From the NCBI GenBank assembly GCA_947626275.1, contig CANQRL010000007.1, forward strand, positions 2,983 to 66,982: a stretch of DNA of 64,000 nucleotides, in the 5' to 3' direction. This DNA comes from an uncultured Bacilli bacterium (GTDB taxonomy: Bacteria; Bacillota_I; Bacilli_A; RF39; UBA660). The notes beneath the pieces are model-generated. The model had not been told where the DNA came from, made no database searches, and worked only from the letters and a program-made list of their open reading frames with translations. Shown here in pieces: positions 18,672 through 27,453 of this stretch. Position numbers and translations under genes: made by a program. How positions within the stretch are numbered: the first letter of the stretch is position 1; every line of letters begins with the position of its first letter.

Positions 18672-19163
18672 TTATAGCTCAAATAAATAGATATTTTCGA
18701 TATATTTTTCTCTAAATAGATGATTACCGATATACTTGCCACCTAGATGTTTATAAAAATGATTAGAAGGATTTCCATCTAGACATCCGATTACTAGTTT
18801 TTGGATTCCTTTTTCTCTTATCTTTTTAACCGCATAATGATATAACAATCTACCATAACCATTTCCTTGATATTCTTTTAAAATATATAATGAATGGATT
18901 TCAGCGGCATTTTCATATTTATCACTCTCTAACGTATAGTAAACCCAACCAATGATTTTATCTTGCAAGGTTAAAACGTAGTAATTCGGTTGACTTTCTA
19001 TATTGTTCTTTAATCTTTCCGCGCTTTCTTCTTCGTTTTCTAATAATTCCTTTAAAAAATCATCATCAACAATTCCTCGATAAGTTGTGTTCCAAACAAG
19101 GGCAATAGCGTGCGCTAATTCCTTCGAATCTTCTATTTTTCTTTTCCTAATTATCGGTTTCAT
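18672..19163 (-). CDS. GNAT-family N-acetyltransferase
   Basis: Start at Met 'MKPIIRKRK' with RBS AGGAGATGG; acetyl-CoA-binding motif 'YQGNGYGRLLYHYAVKKIREKGIQKL'. Confidence 0.7.
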   Translation of the reverse strand: MKPIIRKRKIEDSKELAHAIALVWNTTYRGIVDDDFLKELLENEEESAERLKNNIESQPNYYVLTLQDKIIGWVYYTLESDKYENAAEIHSLYILKEYQGNGYGRLLYHYAVKKIREKGIQKLVIGCLDGNPSNHFYKHLGGKYIGNHLFREKYIENIYLFEL

Positions 19164-19382
19164 ACAACCATCTCCTAATAAAAAATTGAAACGCACACAG
19201 TTCTTTCCTATAAATTTAGATAGATTTGCCACTACTCTCAAGTACACTAGCTTTTGGATTAAAGAACCATTCATAAGCTGCTATTACCTATCACAGTATA
19301 ACATAAAGTGAAATAAAATTTACATTTTTTGTTTAAAATTTAAGTTTCTATATTATAATATATAACCAATGGAGGTTTTATT

Positions 19383-19904
19383 ATGAAAATAATAACAGAA
19401 AAGGCAGTTTATGTTCAAATGAATGATATCATTCACTTAAATCGTACAGATTTACCTATCCCTGCTTCCATATTTATGAAAGTTTTTGGACATGGAATAG
19501 TAATCGTTAATGATAGCAATCGATATGACTTTCAAAAATTTGATAAAGATAGTGAAATGGAATTTTTTAAAGGAATCGATTGGATGGTCGATTATAATGC
19601 TGTAAAAGATCTATCCGATGATGAGATTATCAAAATAGGACAAAGTATTGCGCAAGCAAAAAATGAAATTGCTCAACAATTTAATTCCATGTCAGAAGAA
19701 GAACGCAAAAAGAATTTAGGCATGGTCGCTCAATGCGAATTGTTGGATTTTAAAATGTATTCCTTAAGAGATATCTTATGGTTTAGACAAGGACATTTGA
19801 AAATGACTTTACCAGAAGGTGTTGATTATCCAGATGGATTTGTTCAAAAAGAAGAAAAAGGAATCCAAAAATTATTGAGAAAAATTTTCCCCAAAAAGAA
19901 TTAA
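19383..19904 (+). CDS. Hypothetical protein
   Basis: 173 aa; RBS 'aatggaggtttt' before ATG. Confidence 0.55.
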   Translation: MKIITEKAVYVQMNDIIHLNRTDLPIPASIFMKVFGHGIVIVNDSNRYDFQKFDKDSEMEFFKGIDWMVDYNAVKDLSDDEIIKIGQSIAQAKNEIAQQFNSMSEEERKKNLGMVAQCELLDFKMYSLRDILWFRQGHLKMTLPEGVDYPDGFVQKEEKGIQKLLRKIFPKKN

Positions 19905-20143
19905 ATAATTTATTACAAAATACATTACATCAAGATTACTATAGTATTATTGGATACATTTGAAATATATCAGATGTTATCCTTTTTTATTGAATACAAG
20001 TTTTCTTGATAGATAGGCTATAACAAAAAGACGACCTTTTCACAGTCGTTTTCTATTTTACCCTAAAAAATCAGAGAAACCATCAACCTAGTTATCTAAG
20101 GGAAGAAGTTCAACAACTTTTTAATAAAGAAATACCCAAACAC

Positions 20144-20172
20144 TTGTTTTAATATACAATAAATAGTATACT
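20144..20172 (+). promoter_or_regulatory. Promoter TTGTTT-17-TATACT for the small peptide gene
   Basis: Read directly; 17-bp spacing; ~60-nt leader to the ATG. Confidence 0.4.
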
Positions 20173-20238
20173 TTTTATAGGGAATATCAGTTGTTGAGTG
20201 TCTACCTCCAATCTTCATAGAAAGGAGGTTTGATAAAA

Positions 20239-20331
20239 ATGAAAACTAAGACTTTTATTTTAAAAGTTCTCAAGTTCATTACTATCATTTTATTTCTCCT
20301 TATCATTATGATAGTAGTTATAAAAAAATGA
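20239..20331 (+). CDS. 30-aa hydrophobic membrane peptide (type I toxin-like / Fst-like candidate)
   Basis: Perfect RBS AAAGGAGGT 9 nt upstream of ATG; encodes MKTKTFILKVLKFITIILFLLIIMIVVIKK (basic N-terminus, one TM helix, KK C-terminus); followed by a hairpin terminator at 20377-20415; an antisense ORF/transcript is possible (20202-20384). Confidence 0.45.
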   Translation: MKTKTFILKVLKFITIILFLLIIMIVVIKK

Positions 20332-20376
20332 CACTCGTTCGCTAGAATAAGTGTCTCACTCAAACATAATGGGTAG

Positions 20377-20415
20377 ACATTCAACTCGGAAAAACTGAAT
20401 GTTCCCTTTTTATTT
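20377..20415 (+). terminator. Rho-independent terminator after small peptide gene
   Basis: 'gacattca-actcggaaaaac-tgaatgttc' followed by 'cctttttatttt'. Confidence 0.45.
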
Positions 20416-20491
20416 TATGCAAGTTCCCTTGACGTATTCATCATAACATAAAAACGACCTTTTTACAAGTCGTCTTCTAAATTAACAATGT

Positions 20492-21364
20492 TTATTTAGT
20501 TCCAATTAAATATTTATCAATATTTTCTAATTCTTTTATTCCATTATTATTTTTTAATATTTCCATTTGATTTCTAGCAGAATCATTAAGTCTTATTAAT
20601 CTTTCTTTTTGTGATAATCCTAACTTAATAAATTCAGCATTAGAATTTTCTAAATTGTTTAATATGACTAAATGAACTAAATCGGTGTAATCTCTAATAT
20701 TTCCTTCTTTAGCCAATTTTGGATTAATTTCTCTCCATTCTTTTGCTGTCATGCCAAATAATGCAACATTTAATACATCAGCTTCTTCTGCATATACATA
20801 TTGTTTTTGTTTTTCAGTTAGTAACGGTACAATATAATTTTTTATTGCATCTGTATGTACTAAATAATTTGCTCTAGCTAAAATTCTGTTTGCATGCCAT
20901 TCAATTTTTTCTTGATATGCTTCATTCTTTTTTAATCTTTCAAATTCTTTAATCAGATATAATTTAAACGTAAGACTTAACCAACTAGCAAATTAAAATG
21001 CTATATCAGGATGAGCAAATGTTCCTATGCTATATTTTCCACCTTTAGAATATATTCCTATGGCGTCTGTTCTGTCGATCCATCTTTTTGGACTTAAAGT
21101 AAATGATGAATATCCAACTTCATTATTTTTAATTTCACGGAATTCCGTGAAATTAAAATTTTCATTATTTAATTGTTCCCATAGTCCTATATAATCGAAT
21201 GTTCCTTTATTACTCATCCAATGTATTATAACATTAGCAGGATTTTCAGGATTAGAATATTTTGCTAAATCAGTTAATGATATATAGTCAGTATCACCAA
21301 TTCTTAAAATACTTATTTTATTGTTATTAACATCTATTTCTGTTTTAATTAACTCTTTTTTCAT
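20492..21364 (-). pseudogene. KilA-N domain protein gene interrupted by a single in-frame TAA (at 20993-20995)
   Basis: The N-terminal 123 aa ('ISILRIGDTDYISLTDLAKY…GTFAHPDIAF') and the downstream same-frame 166 codons ('FASWLSLTFKLYLIKEFERLKK…MTAKEWREINPKLAKEG…') form one continuous KilA-N-type protein. The stop codon sits where family members have Glu (IAF-E-FASW), i.e. GAA->TAA. Confidence 0.55.
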
Positions 21365-21453
21365 CTTTACCCCCCTTAATTACTAAAATAATTTTATCAT
21401 AAATTTAAGTACTTTAAAACTCGAACTATAAAAGTTCGAGTTTATTATCTATC

Positions 21454-21527
21454 TGGTGCCGCAAGCAAGAATCGGACTTGCGTTAAAGCCTTACCATGGC
21501 CTCGTAATACCATTATACTATTGCGGC
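21454..21527 (-). tRNA. tRNA-Thr-like (anticodon GGT), noncanonical C55 in T-loop
   Basis: Reverse complement GCCGCAATAGTATAATGGTATTACGAGGCCATGGTAAGGCTTTAACGCAAGTCCGATTCTTGCTTGCGGCACCA: perfect 7-bp acceptor stem, D-loop with GG, anticodon loop ATGGTAA, 5-bp T-stem, encoded CCA, but T-loop TCCGATT (C at position 55). Confidence 0.45.
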
Positions 21528-21532
21528 AAAAA

Positions 21533-21606
21533 TGGTGCCGGATGTAGGAATCGGACCTACAGCTAATCATTACGAGTGACTTGTTTTACCATTAAACTAA
21601 ACCGGC
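21533..21606 (-). tRNA. tRNA-Thr-like (anticodon CGT), noncanonical C55 in T-loop
   Basis: Reverse complement GCCGGTTTAGTTTAATGGTAAAACAAGTCACTCGTAATGATTAGCTGTAGGTCCGATTCCTACATCCGGCACCA: cloverleaf with anticodon loop CTCGTAA, one T-T mismatch in the acceptor stem, T-loop TCCGATT, encoded CCA; 5 nt from the neighbouring tRNA. Confidence 0.4.
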
Positions 21607-21683
21607 AACAATTACATTCTATCATAAAAAAGAATGGTTGTAAACGTGTTCTAAAAAAATTTAACAGAAATTTAAGAAACGTA

Positions 21684-21713
21684 TTTACAACACATATTCC
21701 TGAGTGCTATAAT
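21684..21713 (+). promoter_or_regulatory. pyrG promoter TTTACA-18-TGcTATAAT
   Basis: Read directly upstream of the pyrG leader. Confidence 0.5.
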
Positions 21714-21723
21714 GAAAGAGAGC

Positions 21724-21756
21724 CTAGGAGGAGTTCTCCTAGATTTTTTGTTTTTG
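21724..21756 (+). terminator. pyrG leader hairpin + U-run (putative transcription attenuator)
   Basis: 'ctaggag-gagtt-ctcctag' followed by 'attttttgtttttg', located 12 nt upstream of the pyrG ATG and ~5 nt downstream of the predicted transcription start site. Confidence 0.45.
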
Positions 21757-21768
21757 TGGGAGGTTATT

Positions 21769-23376
21769 ATGACAAAATATGTATTTGTAACAGGTGGTGT
21801 ATGTTCAGGTCTTGGAAAAGGAATTACAGCATCTTCTATCGCTCTTTTATTAAAAGCCAAAGGATATAAGGTTTTCATGCAAAAGTTTGATCCTTATATG
21901 AATGTGGATCCAGGAACAATGTCCCCTATTCAACATGGCGAAGTATTTGTAACAGCCGATGGTTGTGAAACAGATCTAGACTTAGGTCACTATGAGAGAT
22001 TTATCGATGAAGAACTCAACTATACTTCTAATATTACAAATGGTAAAATTTACTCTAGCGTCATTGAAAAAGAAAGACGTGGAGACTTTTTAGGAGCAAC
22101 GATTCAAATCGTTCCTCATATCTCAAATGAAATCAAACATAAGATTTATGAAGCAGGCGCAACCAGTCAGGCTGATATCGTCATTACAGAAATTGGTGGA
22201 ACCGTTGGTGACATCGAATCCTCTGTCATGATGGAGTCTCTTCGGCAATTTCGGATGGAACAAGGTGTTCAAAACAGTCTATTTGTCCATACAACACTCG
22301 TTCCTTACCTATTTGGTTCTAACGAATTAAAAACAAAACCTACTCAAAATAGTATTATTGATTTACGCCGTCTAGGAATTCAACCGGATATTATCGTTAC
22401 TCGTTCTAGTATCGAGTTAGGTGACAATATTAAAAATAAAATTTCCCTTTTTGGTAGTATTCCAAAGGAAAATATTATTGAGGCAATCGATGTCAATAAT
22501 ATCTACCAAATTCCGATTAACTTTCATCGTCAAAATATTGAGGATATCATTCTAAAGCAATTTGGGCTTCCCGTTACGCCAAGTGAATTAAAATATTGGG
22601 AAGACTTGATTGAAACCGTTTCTAACTTAAAGAAAGAAATTGAGATTTCTCTCGTTGGAAAGTATGTAGAACTTCACGATGCTTACCTATCTGTCATGGA
22701 ATCTTTAAAACATGCGGGATATAAGCATAACCGGAAGGTAATCATTAATTGGGTAGATTCCGAATCTTTAGAAAAAGAAAATGTAAACTTAGATGAAGTA
22801 TTCAAAAATTCCAAAGGAATCTTGGTTCCTGGTGGTTTTGGCCAAAGAGGAATTGAAGGAAAAATTAAAGCTTGCGAATATGCTCGTACCCACAACATTC
22901 CTTACTTAGGTCTTTGTTTAGGAATGCAGATAGCTGTTATTGAATTTGCACGTCATGTCTGTGGATTAGAAGATGCTTCCTCTAGAGAATTTGATGAAAC
23001 TTGCGCCAATCCAGTCATTGACTTAATGGCGGAACAGAAGACGATTATCAATATGGGAGGAACGTTACGACTTGGAAATTACGAATGTACGATCCAAAAA
23101 GGCACCCTCGCTCATAAAATTTATAAAACGGATAAGATATTAGAGAGACATCGTCATCGTTATGAATTCAACAATCGCTATAAAGAAGAATTAGAAAGTC
23201 AGGGAATGGTCTTTTCTGGTATCAATGAACCTAGCAATTTAGTAGAAATGATTGAATTACCTTCTCACCCATTCTTCATCGCATGTCAATTCCACCCAGA
23301 ATTTAAATCTCGGCCAACAAGACCACATCCCCTTTTCGATGCATTCTTGAAAGCTTCTATTGATAACAAAAAATAA
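21769..23376 (+). CDS. pyrG: CTP synthase
   Basis: N-terminus 'MTKYVFVTGGVCSGLGKGITASSIALLLKAKGYKV' and glutamine amidotransferase C-terminal domain ('GLCLGMQ', 'HRHRYEFN'); RBS GGGAGG. Confidence 0.9.
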   Translation: MTKYVFVTGGVCSGLGKGITASSIALLLKAKGYKVFMQKFDPYMNVDPGTMSPIQHGEVFVTADGCETDLDLGHYERFIDEELNYTSNITNGKIYSSVIEKERRGDFLGATIQIVPHISNEIKHKIYEAGATSQADIVITEIGGTVGDIESSVMMESLRQFRMEQGVQNSLFVHTTLVPYLFGSNELKTKPTQNSIIDLRRLGIQPDIIVTRSSIELGDNIKNKISLFGSIPKENIIEAIDVNNIYQIPINFHRQNIEDIILKQFGLPVTPSELKYWEDLIETVSNLKKEIEISLVGKYVELHDAYLSVMESLKHAGYKHNRKVIINWVDSESLEKENVNLDEVFKNSKGILVPGGFGQRGIEGKIKACEYARTHNIPYLGLCLGMQIAVIEFARHVCGLEDASSREFDETCANPVIDLMAEQKTIINMGGTLRLGNYECTIQKGTLAHKIYKTDKILERHRHRYEFNNRYKEELESQGMVFSGINEPSNLVEMIELPSHPFFIACQFHPEFKSRPTRPHPLFDAFLKASIDNKK

Positions 23377-23398
23377 AAGGATTGCTCCTTTTATTTTT

Positions 23399-23914
23399 TT
23401 ATGCTGCTTTCTTTTGATTTTCTCGATTTAAAACTAGAACTTTTGGTGGATCTTTTCTTACCTTAGAAGAAGTTTTTTCCTCTTCTCCTAAGAGTTGTTC
23501 TCTTAGTTTTTTTAATTCTTTTAAATCGGATTGAATTCGATCTAATCTGGTCATCTCACTATCCTCCTCTTTAGGGGTAGATAAAGAAAAACCATACTTA
23601 CGAAATTGTAGTGGGCTCATTCCAACTACTTTATAAAACATTTCAGAATAGTATTCTAGAGAGTGAAAACCATGATTCAAGGCGATTTTCAATATTTTAT
23701 CATCGGTATAGATTAAATCATCCATACTATTGATAATCTTCTGATAGTTTCGATATTGCGTAATGGTTAAACCGGTTTCCTTTTTAAACAATTTCATAAG
23801 ATAATGTCTATTGAAGTAAAAAGTTCCCGCTATATCATCGATACTAACATCCTCTTCTAAGTTCGATGCGATATAATCGACAACTTTGGTTACTACCGTC
23901 TTTCTATTCTTCAT
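23399..23914 (-). CDS. AraC-family HTH domain protein
   Basis: Start at 'MKNRKTVV' with RBS AGGGGGAG; AraC-type double HTH ('IDDIAGTFYFNRHYLMKLFKKETGLTITQYRNYQKI…ALNHGFHSLEYYSEMFYKVVGMSPLQFRK'); charged C-terminal tail, no ligand-binding domain. Confidence 0.6.
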   Translation of the reverse strand: MKNRKTVVTKVVDYIASNLEEDVSIDDIAGTFYFNRHYLMKLFKKETGLTITQYRNYQKIINSMDDLIYTDDKILKIALNHGFHSLEYYSEMFYKVVGMSPLQFRKYGFSLSTPKEEDSEMTRLDRIQSDLKELKKLREQLLGEEEKTSSKVRKDPPKVLVLNRENQKKAA

Positions 23915-24148
23915 AACTCCCCCTTTGATAGCCACTATTTTACTAGATGACCACTCGTTCTTTTTAAACAATTGTGGTTATTTTATCAAAAATATGGATT
24001 TTTTTCAAATTGGGACGCGTTTTGACAAACAAAATCATTGTTTTTTCTTCTAACTAGTTCTCTTTCTTTTCTTCTTTGTTCATGTTTTTCTCCTTTCGGC
24101 GATATTTCTTCCTCTCCTTTTCATTATAACGACATCTATCCCTTATTT

Positions 24149-25441
24149 TTAAACAGTTGTGTCTTTTTCACATTCCTCACCAATACAATAAGGATATTCT
24201 ATAGAAGTAATCGTAACAAACACATTCTCATGAACCTCTTTCGGATTTCCTTTGGCTTTAATCAATAAATAGTTTTCCGTATGACCGATTAAAACGCCAT
24301 CTTCCCATTTCTCTGGTATAAAGAGAATCTTTTTTCCAACAAATTTCTCCATGTATTCTTCTTCCAAGGTTCGACTTAACGAAATCATGATGCGAACTCT
24401 TTCTTTTTTTGTCTTCTCATCAATATGATTTGGTAATTCTTCCGCCTTCGTCCCCTTTCTTAAAGAAAAAGGAAAGACATGAATCTTACTAAAACGAATG
24501 CGTTTCATTGTCTCCACTGTCTCTTGGAAAAGTTCTTCCGTTTCTCCCGGAAATCCTACAATTAAATCCGTCGTAATAGAAATATTTGGTCGAATTCTTC
24601 TAATCTCTTCTATTTTCTGTTCAAAATAAGCTTTATCATATTTTCGATTCATACTCTTTAAAATCGTGTCAGAACCGTTTTGAATAGGAACATGTAAATG
24701 GCTGACAATGATAGGATTTTCTTTTAAAAGTTCTAAGACATCGTCATCTAACTCGGTTATCTCGATGGAAGAAATTCGAAGTCTTTCTAATCCTTTTACT
24801 TTTAAAATATCGCGTAAAAGCGAAGAGAAGTGATACTCTCCTAAATCTGCTCCATAATGTCCTGTATGAATTCCTGTCAATACGATCTCTTTATGTCCCT
24901 GATGGACCAAATTCTCAATTTCCTCGATTACCAACTTAGGATCTTTACTTCTCACTTTTCCACGTGCATAAGGAATGATACAGTAAGAACAATAGTTTTC
25001 GCAACCGTCTTCAATCTTAACAAAAGCTCTTGTTCGATTGAAATTGTTTAATACCATCGCTTCAAATGGCGCCTCCATCACATTTTCAACCGCTACAATT
25101 TGCTGATGATTTTGCTGATACTCCTGAATGAGAGAAATAATCTCACTCTTATGCTTGTTTCCTAGTAAAATAGAAACATCTTTTAAGGTATCTGAGGTAG
25201 GATTTACTTGAATCATACAACCACATACCACCAAAATCGCATTAGGATTTTTGCGTAGACACTGTCGAATTACTTTCAAGGACTTATGAGAACTCGTATC
25301 CGTCACTGTACAAGTATTGACGATATAAATGTCCGCGAAATCCTCCCCTTCTACATATCCATTTTTTATCAAATTTTCTTTCATTACTTCGGACTCATAG
25401 GTATTTACCTTACATCCTAATGTTAAAATTTTAAAAGTCAT
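24149..25441 (-). CDS. mtaB: MiaB-family radical SAM methylthiotransferase, probably MtaB
   Basis: 430 aa; N-terminal MTTase domain 'KILTLGCKVNTYESE', radical SAM 'CENYCSYCIIPYARG', no obvious long TRAM extension; synteny with rsmE as in the B. subtilis prmA-rsmE-mtaB (yqeT-U-V) region. Confidence 0.75.
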   Translation of the reverse strand: MTFKILTLGCKVNTYESEVMKENLIKNGYVEGEDFADIYIVNTCTVTDTSSHKSLKVIRQCLRKNPNAILVVCGCMIQVNPTSDTLKDVSILLGNKHKSEIISLIQEYQQNHQQIVAVENVMEAPFEAMVLNNFNRTRAFVKIEDGCENYCSYCIIPYARGKVRSKDPKLVIEEIENLVHQGHKEIVLTGIHTGHYGADLGEYHFSSLLRDILKVKGLERLRISSIEITELDDDVLELLKENPIIVSHLHVPIQNGSDTILKSMNRKYDKAYFEQKIEEIRRIRPNISITTDLIVGFPGETEELFQETVETMKRIRFSKIHVFPFSLRKGTKAEELPNHIDEKTKKERVRIMISLSRTLEEEYMEKFVGKKILFIPEKWEDGVLIGHTENYLLIKAKGNPKEVHENVFVTITSIEYPYCIGEECEKDTTV

Positions 25442-25480
25442 CCAAACCTCCTACAAAAAAATAAGCCTAATCTCTTAGGC

Positions 25481-26728
25481 TTATAAACTACTACGAAAAT
25501 CTTTTAAAGCTTCTAAAAGCTCTTCATTCTGAGCAATATCTCCCGCTACTTTCTCTTTATCCTCCGAAGATTTTTCTTTGGTTACATCAGGAGCTTTGAT
25601 ATTCGCAAATACAATAGAATTCTTTGCCTCTTCACTCAATATATTATCATCTTTATCAAGTTCTGACAACTCTTCTTTTTCTTCTCGGTTAAATTTCTTC
25701 ACACTAGAATAATCGCTTTGAACATCTTCAATTCTGCCAAAGACAGGGGAAATGACATCGGTCTTTTTAAACTTTCCATCATCGGGAATATTCTTTAAAG
25801 CTTCGCGTACTGCATTTTTAGCGATTTCTTCTTCTCTTGTCTGCTCATCATCGGTTTCTAATGCTTCTACTTCATCGATTTCTGGTTCCGCATCCTCTAA
25901 AATATCTAAATTTTCGAGAGCTTCTACATTTTCCATTTCTTCGTCAGGTTCTTCTACCGTTTCTTGCTTGTCTAATTTGTTCTTCTCTAATTGTTCAATC
26001 AAGTCTACCATATCTTGATCTTGATTAGCGTTCTCTTTTGGTTGCTCTGGTAAGAAGTCAGACACTGTCGCAAGTGGTTTAGACTCTAACTCATCCTCAT
26101 ATTGCGTGTCCCTATTTTTAACCGCATCTACTAATTCTTGATAGCTAATAATAGATTGGGCTTCCTGTTCTTGTTCGAATTTTCGAACGACATCTTCAGG
26201 ACTCATTTCTTTTTCTTCTTTTAAGTCATTGAGAGCTTCTTTAATCGTGTCGCTTTCTGTTTCCTCTAGTTCTTCTTCAATTGCCTCTTCATGTTCTTTA
26301 TCAATTCTCTCTTCAATTTCTTTTTCATCAATGTTTTCTAGTTCGGCAATTTTTTCTTCACTATAAGGTTCTTCTTCCTCTGTCTCCTCATCTTTCTCTT
26401 CGGAAGATTTTTCTTCTTTTTGAGGTTTTTCTTCTTCCTTTTCTTTTTCCTCTTCTTCTGTATCTTCTTCTTGTTCCTCTTTTTCTTCTTTTACTGGCTC
26501 TTTTTTCTTTGCTTTTTCTTTCGCAGGTTTATCAACAATATCTTTTTTACTCTTAATTTTCTTTAAATCCGCATTTTCTTCCTCTTCATCATAAATATGA
26601 ATTTTCTTTTTCTTTTTTGAGCCTTTAAAGATTGAAACGATAAGAGATAGAAGCACTCCTACCAAAAGAAGGATAATGATTGCAAAGACAATCTTATTTC
26701 CTACTATCGCATCTAACATTTTTTCCAT
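25481..26728 (-). CDS. Membrane-anchored highly acidic (Glu-rich) low-complexity protein
   Basis: N-terminal TM helix 'IVFAIIILLLVGVLLSLIVSIF' followed by ~390 aa dominated by E/K/D (EEEKEKEEEK…); start taken at 'MEKML' (RBS GGAGTGA). Confidence 0.5.
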   Translation of the reverse strand: MEKMLDAIVGNKIVFAIIILLLVGVLLSLIVSIFKGSKKKKKIHIYDEEEENADLKKIKSKKDIVDKPAKEKAKKKEPVKEEKEEQEEDTEEEEKEKEEEKPQKEEKSSEEKDEETEEEEPYSEEKIAELENIDEKEIEERIDKEHEEAIEEELEETESDTIKEALNDLKEEKEMSPEDVVRKFEQEQEAQSIISYQELVDAVKNRDTQYEDELESKPLATVSDFLPEQPKENANQDQDMVDLIEQLEKNKLDKQETVEEPDEEMENVEALENLDILEDAEPEIDEVEALETDDEQTREEEIAKNAVREALKNIPDDGKFKKTDVISPVFGRIEDVQSDYSSVKKFNREEKEELSELDKDDNILSEEAKNSIVFANIKAPDVTKEKSSEDKEKVAGDIAQNEELLEALKDFRSSL

Positions 26729-26732
26729 CGTA

Positions 26733-27446
26733 TCACTCCATATATTCATAACGGATTATACTTGACAAAAAGATAGGCACTGTCTCTACTCTCATAATTT
26801 GCGTACCTAAACTCGCTTTCGTAAACCCCTTTTTCTCAAAGTATAGTTCTTCCTTAGACGAGAACCCTCCCTCGGGTCCTATCATCAAGTTTATTGTATC
26901 ATAGATAGTTATATTTTTCAAAAGATTTTTGATTGTTTTTTCCTTTTCTTGCGTACTGCAGAGAATCTTTTTTCCCACTAATTCTTCTAAGCGTTCCTTT
27001 TCCCTTTCAATTCTAACGGTTGGAATCGTCGTTCGCATGGACTGTTCAGAAGCTTCTTTACAAATTCTTGACCATCTTTCTATCTTCGTAGCTTCCTTAT
27101 TTGGTTCGATTTTTACAACGGATCTTTCCATGTCGATAAAGACAAATTCTGATACTCCTAATTCCGTTCCTTTCTGAAGAATCATATCCATTTTTTGTTC
27201 CTTTAAGAAAGGTAAAATCAGAACGATTTTAGGTTCTTTTGATACAGCCTGTGGCAGTTCTTCCACCATTCTTACCGTGATTTTTTTGCCTTCAAAAGAT
27301 AAGGAGCAAAGATAGACAGAACCTTCATAAACTACTTCTACCTGATCTAGAGAGGTCATTCGCATTACCGTTTTTATGTGGTAATAATCCTCATCCTTTA
27401 AAAGGAAACGATTCTCTATTTTTTCTTGCGCAAAATACCGCTGCAT
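26733..27446 (-). CDS. rsmE: 16S rRNA (uracil1498-N3)-methyltransferase
   Basis: 237 aa; PUA-like N-terminus and SPOUT C-terminus with 'LMIGPEGGFSSKE' motif. Confidence 0.75.
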   Translation of the reverse strand: MQRYFAQEKIENRFLLKDEDYYHIKTVMRMTSLDQVEVVYEGSVYLCSLSFEGKKITVRMVEELPQAVSKEPKIVLILPFLKEQKMDMILQKGTELGVSEFVFIDMERSVVKIEPNKEATKIERWSRICKEASEQSMRTTIPTVRIEREKERLEELVGKKILCSTQEKEKTIKNLLKNITIYDTINLMIGPEGGFSSKEELYFEKKGFTKASLGTQIMRVETVPIFLSSIIRYEYME

Positions 27447-27453
27447 AACTTCC

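Noticed and set aside
20202-20384. 60-aa minus-strand ORF
   Set aside because: It is antisense to the well-signalled 30-aa peptide gene and has no RBS. If anything it marks an antisense RNA, not a protein.
20026-20476. Two similar 28-bp hairpin sequences (AAAAAGACGACCTTTTCACAGTCGTTTTC at 20026 and AAAAACGACCTTTTTACAAGTCGTCTTC at 20448) flanking an ORF-poor 400-bp stretch; considered as MITE or att repeats
   Set aside because: Each sits where a rho-independent terminator is expected for the adjacent convergent genes (19383-19904 plus, KilA-N minus), and they are hairpin plus T-run. This is most simply explained as related terminators.
24038-24268. 76-aa plus-strand ORF between the AraC-like and mtaB genes
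   Set aside because: F/L/S-rich low-complexity product overlapping the mtaB 3' end in antisense; no RBS.
25752-26556. Plus-strand ORFs (88, 63 and 91 aa) antisense to the Glu-rich gene
   Set aside because: Poly-Ser/Leu/Phe products arise from the complement of GAA/GAG-rich coding DNA; there is no RBS.
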